A stretch of 64,000 nt of DNA from Candidatus Limnocylindria bacterium (lineage in GTDB: Bacteria; Chloroflexota; Limnocylindria; QHBO01): assembly GCA_046262115.1 (NCBI GenBank), contig JBHENJ010000067.1, positions 2,211 through 66,210 of the forward strand, read 5' to 3'. Positions 15,596 to 24,442 of the stretch are shown here, piece by piece. The notes under the pieces are model-generated. The model worked only from the letters and a program-made list of their open reading frames with translations, was not told the DNA's origin and did no database searches. How positions within the stretch are numbered: the stretch's first letter is position 1; each line of letters opens with the position of its first letter. Position numbers and translations under genes: made by a program.

Positions 15596-18112
15596 CTAGA
15601 GCGCCTCGACCGCCTCCCTGATCTGCTCGGTCGCGGCCTCGTAGTTCGTCCCAACGGGAAATACGAGCGGCCGCCCGAAGATCAGCTCCACGTCGCCGCG
15701 CCACGGCGCGCCCCGCTGGTCGATCACTGACATCCGGTTGATCTTCAACTTCATCGGCACCACCGGCGTCGCGCCGTCCACGGCGACCAGGCCGGTGCCC
15801 GACTTGAACGGCTGCATCGGGCCGCCGAGGGTGAGCTTGCCCTCCGGGTACACCAGCACCGAAAAGTCGCGGTCCAGGCGAGCGCCGAGGAGCTCGAGGC
15901 TGCGGCGCACGGCGCCTTCGCGGGCAAGCGGGAAGGCGTTGCCGACCAGCCCGGCGACGAACCCTCGCAGCTGACTGCCGAAGACGTCGTCCTTGGCGGC
16001 GGCCACGCTGAGGCGCCAGCGCCACGCCAGGGGCATGCAGGTCAGGATGATCGCGTTGTCGAAGTGCAGCCAGTGGTTCGGCGTGAACAGCACCGGCCCG
16101 GCGAGGCCGCTCAGGTGGTGGCGGCCGCTGACCCGGGTCCGGTAGAAGACCATCAGAAACGGCGCGAGCAGCAGCTGCTGGAGAGCGATACGCACCGATC
16201 CCGCCACCGGGCTGAGCGGCCAGCCGTAGATGCCGGTCTCCCTGGGTTGCCCCGTCGCGCCATCGACGAGGGCGCGCACGTCCGCGACCGTCGCTTCGGG
16301 GTCGACCGCGGCGTCGTCGACGAAGGCACCCAGCTCTTCCTCAATCACACTGAGCAGCTCGATCCGGGCCAAGGAGTCGAGACCGAGATCGCTCGACAGC
16401 CGTGAGTGGTCGTGCACCTGGTCGACCGAGACCCCGGCCACGCTCGCGACCACGCTCTCGACCGACACGGCCGGTCTGGCGGCTTGCGTCGCGTGCGGGC
16501 GCTCGTCGGCAGTGACCTCGCGGCCGCTCTGCCGTTCGAGCATTTCGAGCCGATCGACGACGAGCCGCTTCTTGACCTTCAACGTGTGGGTGCGCGGGAA
16601 GTCCTCGTCGGGCCAGACCGAGTGGGCGCGGATCTGCTGGCTTGGCGAGAGCCTGGCGTTCGCGTCGCGCACGATCGCCTCGCCGTCGATGGCGTTGCCG
16701 TCGGTCGCCGCTGTCACGTCGGCCGGCAGCAGCACGGCATGGATCTGCATGCCCTCGCCGAGCCGCTCGCGGCCGACGACCACGGCGTCCCTGAGCCGGT
16801 CGTCGTGGGCGAGGACGTTCTCGATGTCCTCGGGAAAGACGTTGGTGCCGTCGGCGAGGACGATCATGTCCTTCTTGCGCCCGCGCAGTGTCAGGAAGCC
16901 GTCGCTCGACAGCTCGCCCAGGTCTCCGGTGGCGTACCAGCCGTCCCGGAGGACGGCTTGCGTCGCCGACGGCTCCTCCCAGTAGCCCGGGAAGACGCTC
17001 GCGCCTCGGACGAGGATCTCGCCGTCGCTGGCGATGGTGACCTGCATGCCGGGGACCGCCCGGCCGACGGTGCCGAGACGGTTCGCATTGGTCCTCGTGA
17101 AGCTGATCACCGGCGAGCACTCCGTGGCGCCGTAGCCCTGCAGCACCTGCATCCCCATCTCCTCCCAGCGCCGTCCCAGCTCGGCGTCGAGCGCCGCGCC
17201 CCCAACCGCAATGAATCGAAGGCGGCCACCGAAGCCGCGGTGCACCGGCAGGAACAGTAGGCGTCGCAACCGCATCGGCAGCCGGCGCGCGAGGCGGTGA
17301 AGTCGCTCGAAGCTCCGGCGCCTGCCCGAGGCGTCCACCTGCCTCTCGATCGCGTTGTCGAGGAGGCGCAGCGCCTGCGGCACGAGCAGGATCATGGTGA
17401 TGCCGTAGTCGCGGAAGGCGCGGACCAGGACCGATGGCTGGCGGCTCATCGGATACGCGACCGACGCACCTGCAAGCAGCGGCGCCAGCAGCCCGCAGGT
17501 CTGCTCGAACATGTGCGACAGGGGCAGGACCGAGAGCAATCGTTGGCGGGGGCCTAGCGGGAAGACCTCGACCAGCGCCGTCGCGTTCGAGAGCACGTTG
17601 CCATGGGTCAGCATCACCCCCTTCGGCTCACCGGTCGTTCCGGATGTGAACATGACCTCGGCGAGGTCGTCGGCGCCGATGGCGGCGCGCGGCAACGGCG
17701 TCTGGTCCCGGGCCAGGTCGGGAAGGGACTCGATCATCAGGATCGGCAGGCCGAGGGACTTCGCAAGGTCGAGCGTCTGGACGGACGCGATCACGAGCCG
17801 GGCACGCGTGTGCTCGACCACCTTGCGCGCGAGATCCGTCTGCGAGCGCACATCGAGCGGCACGAGCACGGCGCCGGCGTGGAGCGCGCCGAGAAAGGCG
17901 ATGCCCCACTCCGGCCGGTTGACCGCCCAGATCACGACCCGGTCACCCTGCTTCACGCCGTCCGCGGCGAACACCGCCGCCACGCGGGCCACCAGGTCCG
18001 GGAGCTGGCGGTAGCGCCAGCGCCGGGTGCGGAAGCCCGGCTTGATGAGCAGCGCCGGCTGCCTCGCGAACCGCGCCGCCGATGCGTCGATGACTTCGAG
18101 GAGATTGCTCAT
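15596..18112 (-). CDS. Tri-domain fusion: acyl-AMP ligase (FadD-like), acyl-carrier domain and 1-acyl-sn-glycerol-3-phosphate acyltransferase (PlsC/LPLAT)
   Basis: AMP-binding motifs (TSGTTGEPKGVMLTH, YGATE, GDLG), the phosphopantetheine site LGLDSLARIEL, then the acyltransferase motifs NHWLHFD (HX4D) and VYPEGK. I start at the ATG at 18112 (MSNLLEV), whereas the tool ORF is over-extended to 18304. Confidence 0.8.
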   Translation of the reverse strand: MSNLLEVIDASAARFARQPALLIKPGFRTRRWRYRQLPDLVARVAAVFAADGVKQGDRVVIWAVNRPEWGIAFLGALHAGAVLVPLDVRSQTDLARKVVEHTRARLVIASVQTLDLAKSLGLPILMIESLPDLARDQTPLPRAAIGADDLAEVMFTSGTTGEPKGVMLTHGNVLSNATALVEVFPLGPRQRLLSVLPLSHMFEQTCGLLAPLLAGASVAYPMSRQPSVLVRAFRDYGITMILLVPQALRLLDNAIERQVDASGRRRSFERLHRLARRLPMRLRRLLFLPVHRGFGGRLRFIAVGGAALDAELGRRWEEMGMQVLQGYGATECSPVISFTRTNANRLGTVGRAVPGMQVTIASDGEILVRGASVFPGYWEEPSATQAVLRDGWYATGDLGELSSDGFLTLRGRKKDMIVLADGTNVFPEDIENVLAHDDRLRDAVVVGRERLGEGMQIHAVLLPADVTAATDGNAIDGEAIVRDANARLSPSQQIRAHSVWPDEDFPRTHTLKVKKRLVVDRLEMLERQSGREVTADERPHATQAARPAVSVESVVASVAGVSVDQVHDHSRLSSDLGLDSLARIELLSVIEEELGAFVDDAAVDPEATVADVRALVDGATGQPRETGIYGWPLSPVAGSVRIALQQLLLAPFLMVFYRTRVSGRHHLSGLAGPVLFTPNHWLHFDNAIILTCMPLAWRWRLSVAAAKDDVFGSQLRGFVAGLVGNAFPLAREGAVRRSLELLGARLDRDFSVLVYPEGKLTLGGPMQPFKSGTGLVAVDGATPVVPMKLKINRMSVIDQRGAPWRGDVELIFGRPLVFPVGTNYEAATEQIREAVEAL

Positions 18113-18113
18113 C

Positions 18114-18775
18114 TCAGCCGCCCTCGGCCACCGCTGCGATGCTACGCCGGGCGTCGAGGCGCCATGGCGGGTAGTGGGCCAGGCAGATCGTCTCGACGTC
18201 GAGCTCGGCGAGCCGCGACAACGAGCGCCTGGCCATGGCGACGTCGTCGCTGAAGAAGGCACTGGGCCCCATGAGGCGTCCGCGGAAGACCTGGAGCATG
18301 TCACCCACGATCAGGACGCGATGCTGCGACCCGTACAGGCAGACGCTGCCCGGTGTGTGACCCGGGGTGTGGATGACCCGCAGCCCGCCGAGCGCGGGGA
18401 ACTCCTGGCCGTCGTCGATCGGCCTCGCGTTCTCCAGCGGGCGGGTGAGGAGGGCGATGAGACCCGGCCGGGCACGACTGGCGAGAGCCTCGCGGAAGGT
18501 GATCCTCAGCCGCTCGCCGTCGGCAGGGTGGATGAACACCTCGCCACCGACGCTGCCGCGATCTCGTGGGCGCCACCGACGTGGTCGGGATGGCCGTGGG
18601 TGCAGATGATGCGCGTCACCTCGTCGATCGATCGGCCCAGACCGTCGAGATAGCGCGCCAGGCGCCGAGCGGAGCCGCGGTGGCCCGCGTCGACGAGCGT
18701 GATGGCGTCCTCGCAGATCAAGTATCCGGTGGAGCCGATGAGCTGCACCGCGTGCAGCGTCGGCAAGACCTCCAC
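18114..18775 (-). pseudogene. MBL-fold metallo-hydrolase with one frameshift
   Basis: The N-terminal half (VEVLPTLHAVQLIGSTGYLICEDAITLVDAGH...ICTHGHPDHVGGAHEIAA, with the HxHxDH motif) is in one frame. The C-terminal half (GGEVFIHPADGERL...GGLRVIHTPGHTPGSV...) is in another frame. The junction is near 18545-18565. Confidence 0.5.
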
Positions 18776-19770
18776 CGCTCCGACTCAGGCCGGTGTCACG
18801 GCGCAGGGCGCCCTCGAAGAACTCGCGCAGCCAGGCGCGGTAGTCATCGCGACACGTCTCCAGCACGGCGGCGTGCACAGCGTCGGGACAGAGGTGCAGC
18901 GCCGCGACCACGCCGCCCTCCTGCGCCGCCGCGACGAGCTGCTCAGCGTTCTCCGGGCCCTGTTCCTGGTCGCGCCCGCCCTGGAGAATCAGTCGCCGAG
19001 GTCTTCCACGGCATCGACCGCATCCGCTGACGGTATCCAGGCCCCGGTCCGGACCCACGTTCCGAGGATGACCGCCCAGTATCCGGGGAGCGTGAGCGGG
19101 TAGCGCTGGTTGCGGAGCCGCGCCTCGATCGTGTTTCCGATCGTCGCGTGGGTCGAATCCACCGCGACCGCGGCGACGCGGCCATCGCCCGCCGCCACGT
19201 TGAGCGCCGTCACGCCGCCCATCGACAGTCCGGACAGGCCGACCCGCTGTGGTGCCTTCTCACGTGCCAGCCAGTCGAGCACCGCGCTCACGTCGTCCTG
19301 CTCGCGCACTCCCATGGCCGTGTGCATGGCTTGGCTGCGCCCGTGATTCCTCAGGTCGAAGAGCACGACGTTGTACCGATCATGAATCAGCTCGGCGTAA
19401 TTCGAGCATGTCGCTCTTGGAGTTGTTGTGACCGTGCACGAACACCACGGTCTCGCCGTGCCGGCCGATCTCATCGCCCGCCGCGATGTACCAGCCCGCC
19501 AGACGCGTCCCGTCGGCGCTGACGAGCTCCGAGCGAGGTCCCCGCGCCCCGTCGTGCACTTCCGCAGATCGGCCTGCTCTCGCTCCAGTCGCTCGTCATC
19601 GGCGCGGTCGTAGTTGATCGCCTCATAGGCCCAGCCGTACTCCGTGCGCGGGGTGAAGCACCATATGCTCCGCGACGGATGGACGAGCAGGCGCGATAAG
19701 GTACGCGGCCGCGATGAGTACGGCCGCGACGGCCACGAAGACCTCGGGCCGCCGGAGCCGGCTACGCGTC
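18776..19770 (-). pseudogene. Membrane-anchored alpha/beta-hydrolase (DUF1100/BAAT-like) broken by at least 4 frameshifts
   Basis: Four frames read in succession rebuild one protein: an N-terminal TM segment (MTRSRLRRPEVFVAVAAVLIAAAYL...), then ...SADGTRLAGWYIAAGDEIGRHGETVVFVHGHNNSKSDMLE, then YAELIHDRYNVVLFDLRNHGRS...GLSMGG (nucleophile elbow) and finally ...RLILQGGRDQEQGPENAEQL...HLCPDAVHAAV...FFEGAL. The shifts lie at about 19650 (a CCCC run), about 19520-19545, about 19395 and about 18990. Confidence 0.5.
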
Positions 19771-19779
19771 ATCGATCAC

Positions 19780-20205
19780 ATGATCACAGGGGCCGCCAGG
19801 CTCGGCCGCCGGCGGCAAGCTGCGGCGTACCCTTCGGTCGTGGCATCGGTCGTCGAAACGCTGCGGCGTCGCGCGTTCGCCTATCCGGGCGCCTACGAGG
19901 ATCATCCTTGGGGGGAGAGCGTCGCCAAGGTAGACGGCAAGGTGTTCGCCTTCTTCGGGATGGCCGATGATCGCGGCCGCCATACCGGGTTCACCGTGAA
20001 GCTGCCGGCGTCGAGCGAGGGCGCGCTGATGCTGCCGTTCGTGGAATCGACCGGCTATGGGCTCGGCCCCAGCGGATGGGTGACCGTCAGGCCGCCGGAG
20101 GATTGGCCGGTGGACCCGTTCATGGACTGGCTCGACGAGAGCTATCGCGCCGTGGCGAAGAAGGCGCGCATCGCCGAACTGGACGCGAACCGGGCGCCCC
20201 GCTAG
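19780..20205 (+). CDS. MmcQ/YjbR-family protein
   Basis: YPGAYEDHPWGESVAKVDGKVFAFFG matches YjbR (PF04237). I start at the internal ATG at 19780, since the tool ORF start at 19714 would run into the divergent hydrolase. Confidence 0.55.
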   Translation: MITGAARLGRRRQAAAYPSVVASVVETLRRRAFAYPGAYEDHPWGESVAKVDGKVFAFFGMADDRGRHTGFTVKLPASSEGALMLPFVESTGYGLGPSGWVTVRPPEDWPVDPFMDWLDESYRAVAKKARIAELDANRAPR

Positions 20206-20215
20206 CGATTCCGAG

Positions 20216-20464
20216 TCACTTCCACGCCTTGCGGGCGGGCGGCCGGGTCAGCGGGTGGGGGACGAAGAGTGGGTCGACGTTGACCTCGAGTCCCTCGCGG
20301 TGGGCAATCGCGAGGCGGCGGGTATGCTCGGCGCAGGTGTGAACGGTTCGCTGGGGTAGCACGACAACCTGCGCTGCGAGCAGCCGGCAGCCCGACCAAT
20401 CGCACTGCGTTTTCGGATCCACGGAACCGTCCCGGCCGCACTCCGTGAGCTGGGTGAGCGTCAA
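20216..20464 (-). CDS. Hypothetical Cys/His-rich 82-aa protein (ECGRDG...QCDWSGC...HTCAEH)
   Basis: The ORF has high GC3. There is no Shine-Dalgarno sequence, and the function is unknown. Confidence 0.3.
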   Translation of the reverse strand: MTLTQLTECGRDGSVDPKTQCDWSGCRLLAAQVVVLPQRTVHTCAEHTRRLAIAHREGLEVNVDPLFVPHPLTRPPARKAWK

Positions 20465-20505
20465 CCATACGCCTGCGCGCGCCGGCTCGGGACACGCCGA
20501 CGAGG

Positions 20506-20973
20506 TCAGCTCGCCGGTGGGCCTCCACTCAGCGCGCCGAGGATGCGCTGCTCCAGCTCCAGGATGCGCTGCTCGAGCGCCTGTAGGTGCTCGAGGATCT
20601 CCGTGCTGCCGCGCAGCAGTCGCTCGTTCTGCTCCTCCTCGACATCGGCCTCCGCGGCCGCGTGCTCGAGCGTCATGCGGTCGCGCAGCGCGGCACGGTT
20701 GCCGGCCAGCAGGATCAGCGGCGCGGCGTACGCGGCCTGCGTGGAGAAGGCGAGGTTGAGCAGGATGAAGGGATACGGATCGAAGCGCGCGTTGAACAGC
20801 GCATAGACGTTGACCGTGACCCAGGCGATCACGATCACGGTCTGCAGCACGATGAAGCGCCAGCTGCCCATGAACCCGGTGACGGCGTCAGCGATGCGCG
20901 CGCCGGCCGGCGCGCGGTCGAACGTCGCCTGGTTGACCGGGTGCTGGCTCGGCTGATCGGCGGGCAACTGCAT
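20506..20973 (-). CDS. DUF1003-domain membrane protein
   Basis: GSWRFIVLQTVIVIAWVTVN...FDPYPFILLNLAFSTQAAYAAPLILLAGNR is the DUF1003 signature. The ATG at 20973 is preceded by a GGAGAA Shine-Dalgarno sequence, whereas the tool ORF is over-extended. Confidence 0.6.
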   Translation of the reverse strand: MQLPADQPSQHPVNQATFDRAPAGARIADAVTGFMGSWRFIVLQTVIVIAWVTVNVYALFNARFDPYPFILLNLAFSTQAAYAAPLILLAGNRAALRDRMTLEHAAAEADVEEEQNERLLRGSTEILEHLQALEQRILELEQRILGALSGGPPAS

Positions 20974-21031
20974 CTCGGTTCTCCTCGCGGCTGGGGGCGT
21001 GTGACGCAGCGCCGACGATAGACTCGCCCGC

Positions 21032-22138
21032 GTGAGAGCACGAGAGATCGGCGTCGTGATCGGTTCAGGGATCCCCGGATCGATGAACGCCATCACCGAC
21101 GTGCGCGGCGTACGGGTCGGTCACACCACGCTCATCGAGGGAGACGGCCCGCTCATCGTCGGCCAGGGACCGATACGGACCGGTGTCACCGTCGTCGTCC
21201 CGCGTGATGGCGACGTCTGGGACGAGCCGCTCTTCGCGGGGAGCCATCGGCTGAACGGCAACGGCGAGATGACCGGCCTGGAGTGGGTTCGCGAGTCCGG
21301 CCTGGTCACCTCGCCGATCGGGCTCACGACCACGCACAGCATCGGCGCCGTGCACGAGGGACTGATCCGCGCCGAGGTCGCACGGCGCGGTCGCGGCGAT
21401 TACTGGGGACTCCCGGTCGTGGCCGAGACATGGGACGGCCGCCTGAACGACATCAACGGCTTCCACGTGCGGCCCGACCACGTCGCCGAGGCGCTCGCGG
21501 CGGCCGCGAGCGGCGCTGTGGCCGAGGGAAACGTGGGCGGCGGGACGGGGATGGTCTGCCACGGCTTCAAGGGCGGGATAGGGACGGCCTCGAGAGTCGT
21601 CGACGACGAGGCGGGCGGGTACACGGTCGGCGTCCTGGTCCAGGCGAACTACGGCCGCCGGGAGCGGCTGCGCGTGAACGGAGCGGCGGTCGGCGACCGG
21701 ATACCGCCCAGTGAGGTTCCGCTGCCGACGCCGTCGCGTGCGACCGCGACGCCGCCGCCGGGTGCCGGCTCGATCATCGTCGTCATCGCGACCGACGCGC
21801 CTCTGCTGCCGCACCAGTGCAGGCGACTGGCACAGCGCGCAGGGCTCGGCGTCGCACGCATGGGCGGCGCGGGCGAGCACTGGAGCGGCGACCTGTTCAT
21901 CGCCTTCGCGACCGGCAACCGCGGCATCCCGTCGAGCGCGTACGGCGCGCGCACGCCGGTCGACGCGCCGCTCTCGATGCTCGCCGACGCGCACATCACG
22001 CCGCTGTTCTACGCCGTCGTCGAGGCCACCGAGGAGGCGATCCTGAACGCCCTCCTCGCCGCCGAAACCATGACGGGCGTTGACGGCGTCACGGCTTACG
22101 GACTGGAGGCCGACCGGCTGCTGGACGCGCTGGGCTGA
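21032..22138 (+). CDS. P1-family (DmpA/S58) L-aminopeptidase
   Basis: GxGIxT...VGVLVQANYG...ATDAPL is the DmpA/ArgJ-like fold signature. Confidence 0.75.
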   Translation: MRAREIGVVIGSGIPGSMNAITDVRGVRVGHTTLIEGDGPLIVGQGPIRTGVTVVVPRDGDVWDEPLFAGSHRLNGNGEMTGLEWVRESGLVTSPIGLTTTHSIGAVHEGLIRAEVARRGRGDYWGLPVVAETWDGRLNDINGFHVRPDHVAEALAAAASGAVAEGNVGGGTGMVCHGFKGGIGTASRVVDDEAGGYTVGVLVQANYGRRERLRVNGAAVGDRIPPSEVPLPTPSRATATPPPGAGSIIVVIATDAPLLPHQCRRLAQRAGLGVARMGGAGEHWSGDLFIAFATGNRGIPSSAYGARTPVDAPLSMLADAHITPLFYAVVEATEEAILNALLAAETMTGVDGVTAYGLEADRLLDALG

Positions 22139-22140
22139 CT

Positions 22141-22881
22141 ATGCTAGGTCCCATGGACGAGGCCCGGCCGAAGGCGACGCCCGAGCAGATCGCGACGTTC
22201 CTGACCACCGAGCACTACAGCCTCCAGTCGATCCGCACCGGGACGATCGCGGACTCGAACGGCCGCACCGCGCTCTTCCTCGGCACGCTTTCGGGCTCAC
22301 TGGTGGCCCTGGCGCTGGTCGGCCAGGTCTCGCAGCTCGGCGAGCCGATGTTCGTGCTTGCGATGGTCGTCTTCCCGACGGTCCTGTTCATCGGCCTGGT
22401 CACATACGTCCGCGTCCTCCAGGTGGCCCTGGAGGACATCCTCTGCATGCTCGGCATCGCGAGGATCCGGCGTTACTACCAGGAGATGGCGCCTCACACT
22501 CGGCCGTACTTCGTCCTGGGCGCGTACGACGACCTGGACGGGATCTGGGAGAACTACGTCTCCACGATCCCCGGCGGGCTCCAGATCTTCATGACGACGG
22601 CCGGCATGGTGGCGGTGATCGACAGCGTCCTGGCGGGCGTCACCGCCGCGCTGTTGCTTAGCCGCATCGGGATGGGCATGACCGACGTCCTGCTTCCGGG
22701 CATCGCGGCGTTCTTCATCGTCCTGGTGGCGCTCCAGGCCCACCAGGCGAGGTGCTGGCGCCGCCTGCGCCGCGGCTGGCGCTCACGCTTCCCCACGCCT
22801 GCGGTCGCCAGCGGTCCCGTGGAGACCGGCGCGGGTACGGGCGCCGCCGCCGGCGAGGGCGTGACCGCGACGCGGCGCTAG
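22141..22881 (+). CDS. Integral membrane protein, function unknown
   Basis: Multiple TM helices. Its start is 3 nt after the upstream stop. Confidence 0.45.
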   Translation: MLGPMDEARPKATPEQIATFLTTEHYSLQSIRTGTIADSNGRTALFLGTLSGSLVALALVGQVSQLGEPMFVLAMVVFPTVLFIGLVTYVRVLQVALEDILCMLGIARIRRYYQEMAPHTRPYFVLGAYDDLDGIWENYVSTIPGGLQIFMTTAGMVAVIDSVLAGVTAALLLSRIGMGMTDVLLPGIAAFFIVLVALQAHQARCWRRLRRGWRSRFPTPAVASGPVETGAGTGAAAGEGVTATRR

Positions 22882-23774
22882 AGCGCCAGCACGAACTGGT
22901 CCGGCTCCGGTGGCGGCGCGAGCGGCGTGGCTCTTCGGTCGGCGATCTCGAACCGTGCGGCAAGCTCCCGCACGCGCTTGACGGTCGGCGCGGTCTCCCC
23001 GTGCGGCAGATAAGAGCGCCGTGCGTACAGGCGCTCGTATCGGTCCAGCTCCTGCGGCCAGTCGCGCGCCAGGTTCTCGACGAAGTGCTCCCGCGTGCCG
23101 GGAGTCAGGTACAGGAGCTTGCCCCACACGTTCGTGGCGCCGGCCGCGCGTGCCGCTCGGACGACCTCTGCGAGCTGGTCGGGGCGGTCGGAGAGGCCCG
23201 GCAGGATCGGAGCGATCCCGACGCCCGCACGGATGCCCGCGTCGACGAGTGTCTTGAGCGCGCGCAGCCGCTGGCGGGGCGGCGGGGTGCCGGGCTCGGT
23301 GCGCCGCCATACCTCCGCGTCGAGGGTCGGGATCGAGAAGGTGACCGATACCTCCGCCCGCCGGGCCGCCTCGCTCAGGACGTCGAGGTCGCGCACGATC
23401 ATGGGCGAGCGGGTGATAATGCTGAGCGGGTTCCGTGCGTCGGACAGCACCTCTAGGCACGCGCGCGTCAGCCGGTATCGGCCCTCGGCCGGCTGGTACG
23501 GGTCGGTCGCCGCGCCGATGGCGACCATCTCGCGGCGCCATGACCTGCGCGCCAGCTCTTTGCGGAGGACGTCCGCGACGTTGATCTTCACGCGGATGCT
23601 CGTCCCGTACCGGTCGTCAGACGGTCGGCCGGCGCGAAGCTCGAACCCGCGGACGTAACAGAACGTGCACCGATGCGCGCAGCCCATGTATGGGTTGAGC
23701 GACCAGCGGAACGGCATGCTGGTCACCTTGTTGAGCGCGCTCCGGCAGGGCTCCTCGCGGTACTCGATCTTCAT
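22878..23774 (-). CDS. Radical-SAM DNA-repair-photolyase-like protein (SplB / Rv2578c family)
   Basis: The CAHRCTFCY radical-SAM cluster motif is close to the N-terminus (start at MKIEYREEP), and the fold is SplB-like. A LexA box lies 17 nt upstream. Confidence 0.7.
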   Translation of the reverse strand: MKIEYREEPCRSALNKVTSMPFRWSLNPYMGCAHRCTFCYVRGFELRAGRPSDDRYGTSIRVKINVADVLRKELARRSWRREMVAIGAATDPYQPAEGRYRLTRACLEVLSDARNPLSIITRSPMIVRDLDVLSEAARRAEVSVTFSIPTLDAEVWRRTEPGTPPPRQRLRALKTLVDAGIRAGVGIAPILPGLSDRPDQLAEVVRAARAAGATNVWGKLLYLTPGTREHFVENLARDWPQELDRYERLYARRSYLPHGETAPTVKRVRELAARFEIADRRATPLAPPPEPDQFVLAL

Positions 23775-23790
23775 CGGAATCCAGCCAGTA

Positions 23791-23806
23791 TAGAACGTCA
23801 GTTCTA
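23791..23806. promoter_or_regulatory. LexA (SOS) box TAGAACGTCAGTTCTA (GAAC-N4-GTTC palindrome) in the divergent region between the radical-SAM gene and the RNHCP gene
   Basis: A perfect palindrome seen in the sequence. Confidence 0.7.
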
Positions 23807-24018
23807 GTTCTCCAAGGTTGACGCGGAAAGGGCGCGGTACCGATACTCCCACAGTTCCGACGACGCCGATCGCGGCGTCGTGGCTACCGCAGCGGAGGAG
23901 TGTCATGACGACGGTTGTGTCGATCGAGCTCGTGTCACGCCCCCGCGGAGTCAGCGGCTAGCACTCGCTGACCCACTGCCGTCCCGCGTGGACGGCGCTC
24001 CCGCTCCGGGTCGCCGGC

Positions 24019-24411
24019 GTGACATCGCCCGCGACCCTTCTTCTTGTTCGGGAGCCTTCACCAGTGCCCCAGACCGATACGTTCCGGTGCACGCATTGTG
24101 GCGATCGCGTTCGCCGCACTGCGCACGGGACGCGACACCGAAACCACTGCCCACGCTGCCTCTGGAGTCGCCACGTCGACGAGCGTCCGGGCGACCGCGC
24201 CGCCGCCTGCCTCGGCGACATGGAGCCGATCGCGATCTCCGTGCGGGGCGAGGAATGGATCCTCATCCACCGCTGCCGGGCGTGCGGGACGTTGCGTGCG
24301 AACCGCAGCGCCGGCGACGACGACGCGGCGCAGCTGCTCGCCATCGCAGCGCGTCCGCTGGCGCACCCGCCCTTCCCGCTTGAGAAGCCGGGCCGCCTTC
24401 CGCGCGTCTGA
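24019..24411 (+). CDS. RNHCP-domain zinc-ribbon protein
   Basis: FRCTHCGDRVRRTAHGTRHRNHCPRCLWSRHVD and the later HRCRACG form two CxxC pairs and the RNHCP motif. The start could instead be an internal GTG at about 24067. Confidence 0.55.
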   Translation: MTSPATLLLVREPSPVPQTDTFRCTHCGDRVRRTAHGTRHRNHCPRCLWSRHVDERPGDRAAACLGDMEPIAISVRGEEWILIHRCRACGTLRANRSAGDDDAAQLLAIAARPLAHPPFPLEKPGRLPRV

Positions 24412-24442
24412 GTAACGATGCCGTTCGCGCTGGGCTGTCGCG

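Noticed and set aside
7162-19770. Considered programmed ribosomal frameshifting to explain the multiple frame breaks
   Set aside because: There are no slippery heptamers or downstream pseudoknots at the junctions. The shifts are in both directions and occur several times per gene, which is more consistent with decay or indel errors.
23916-23972. 18-aa ORF MTTVVSIELVSRPRGVSG downstream of the LexA box
   Set aside because: It is too short and there is no RBS. It is probably 5' UTR of the RNHCP gene.
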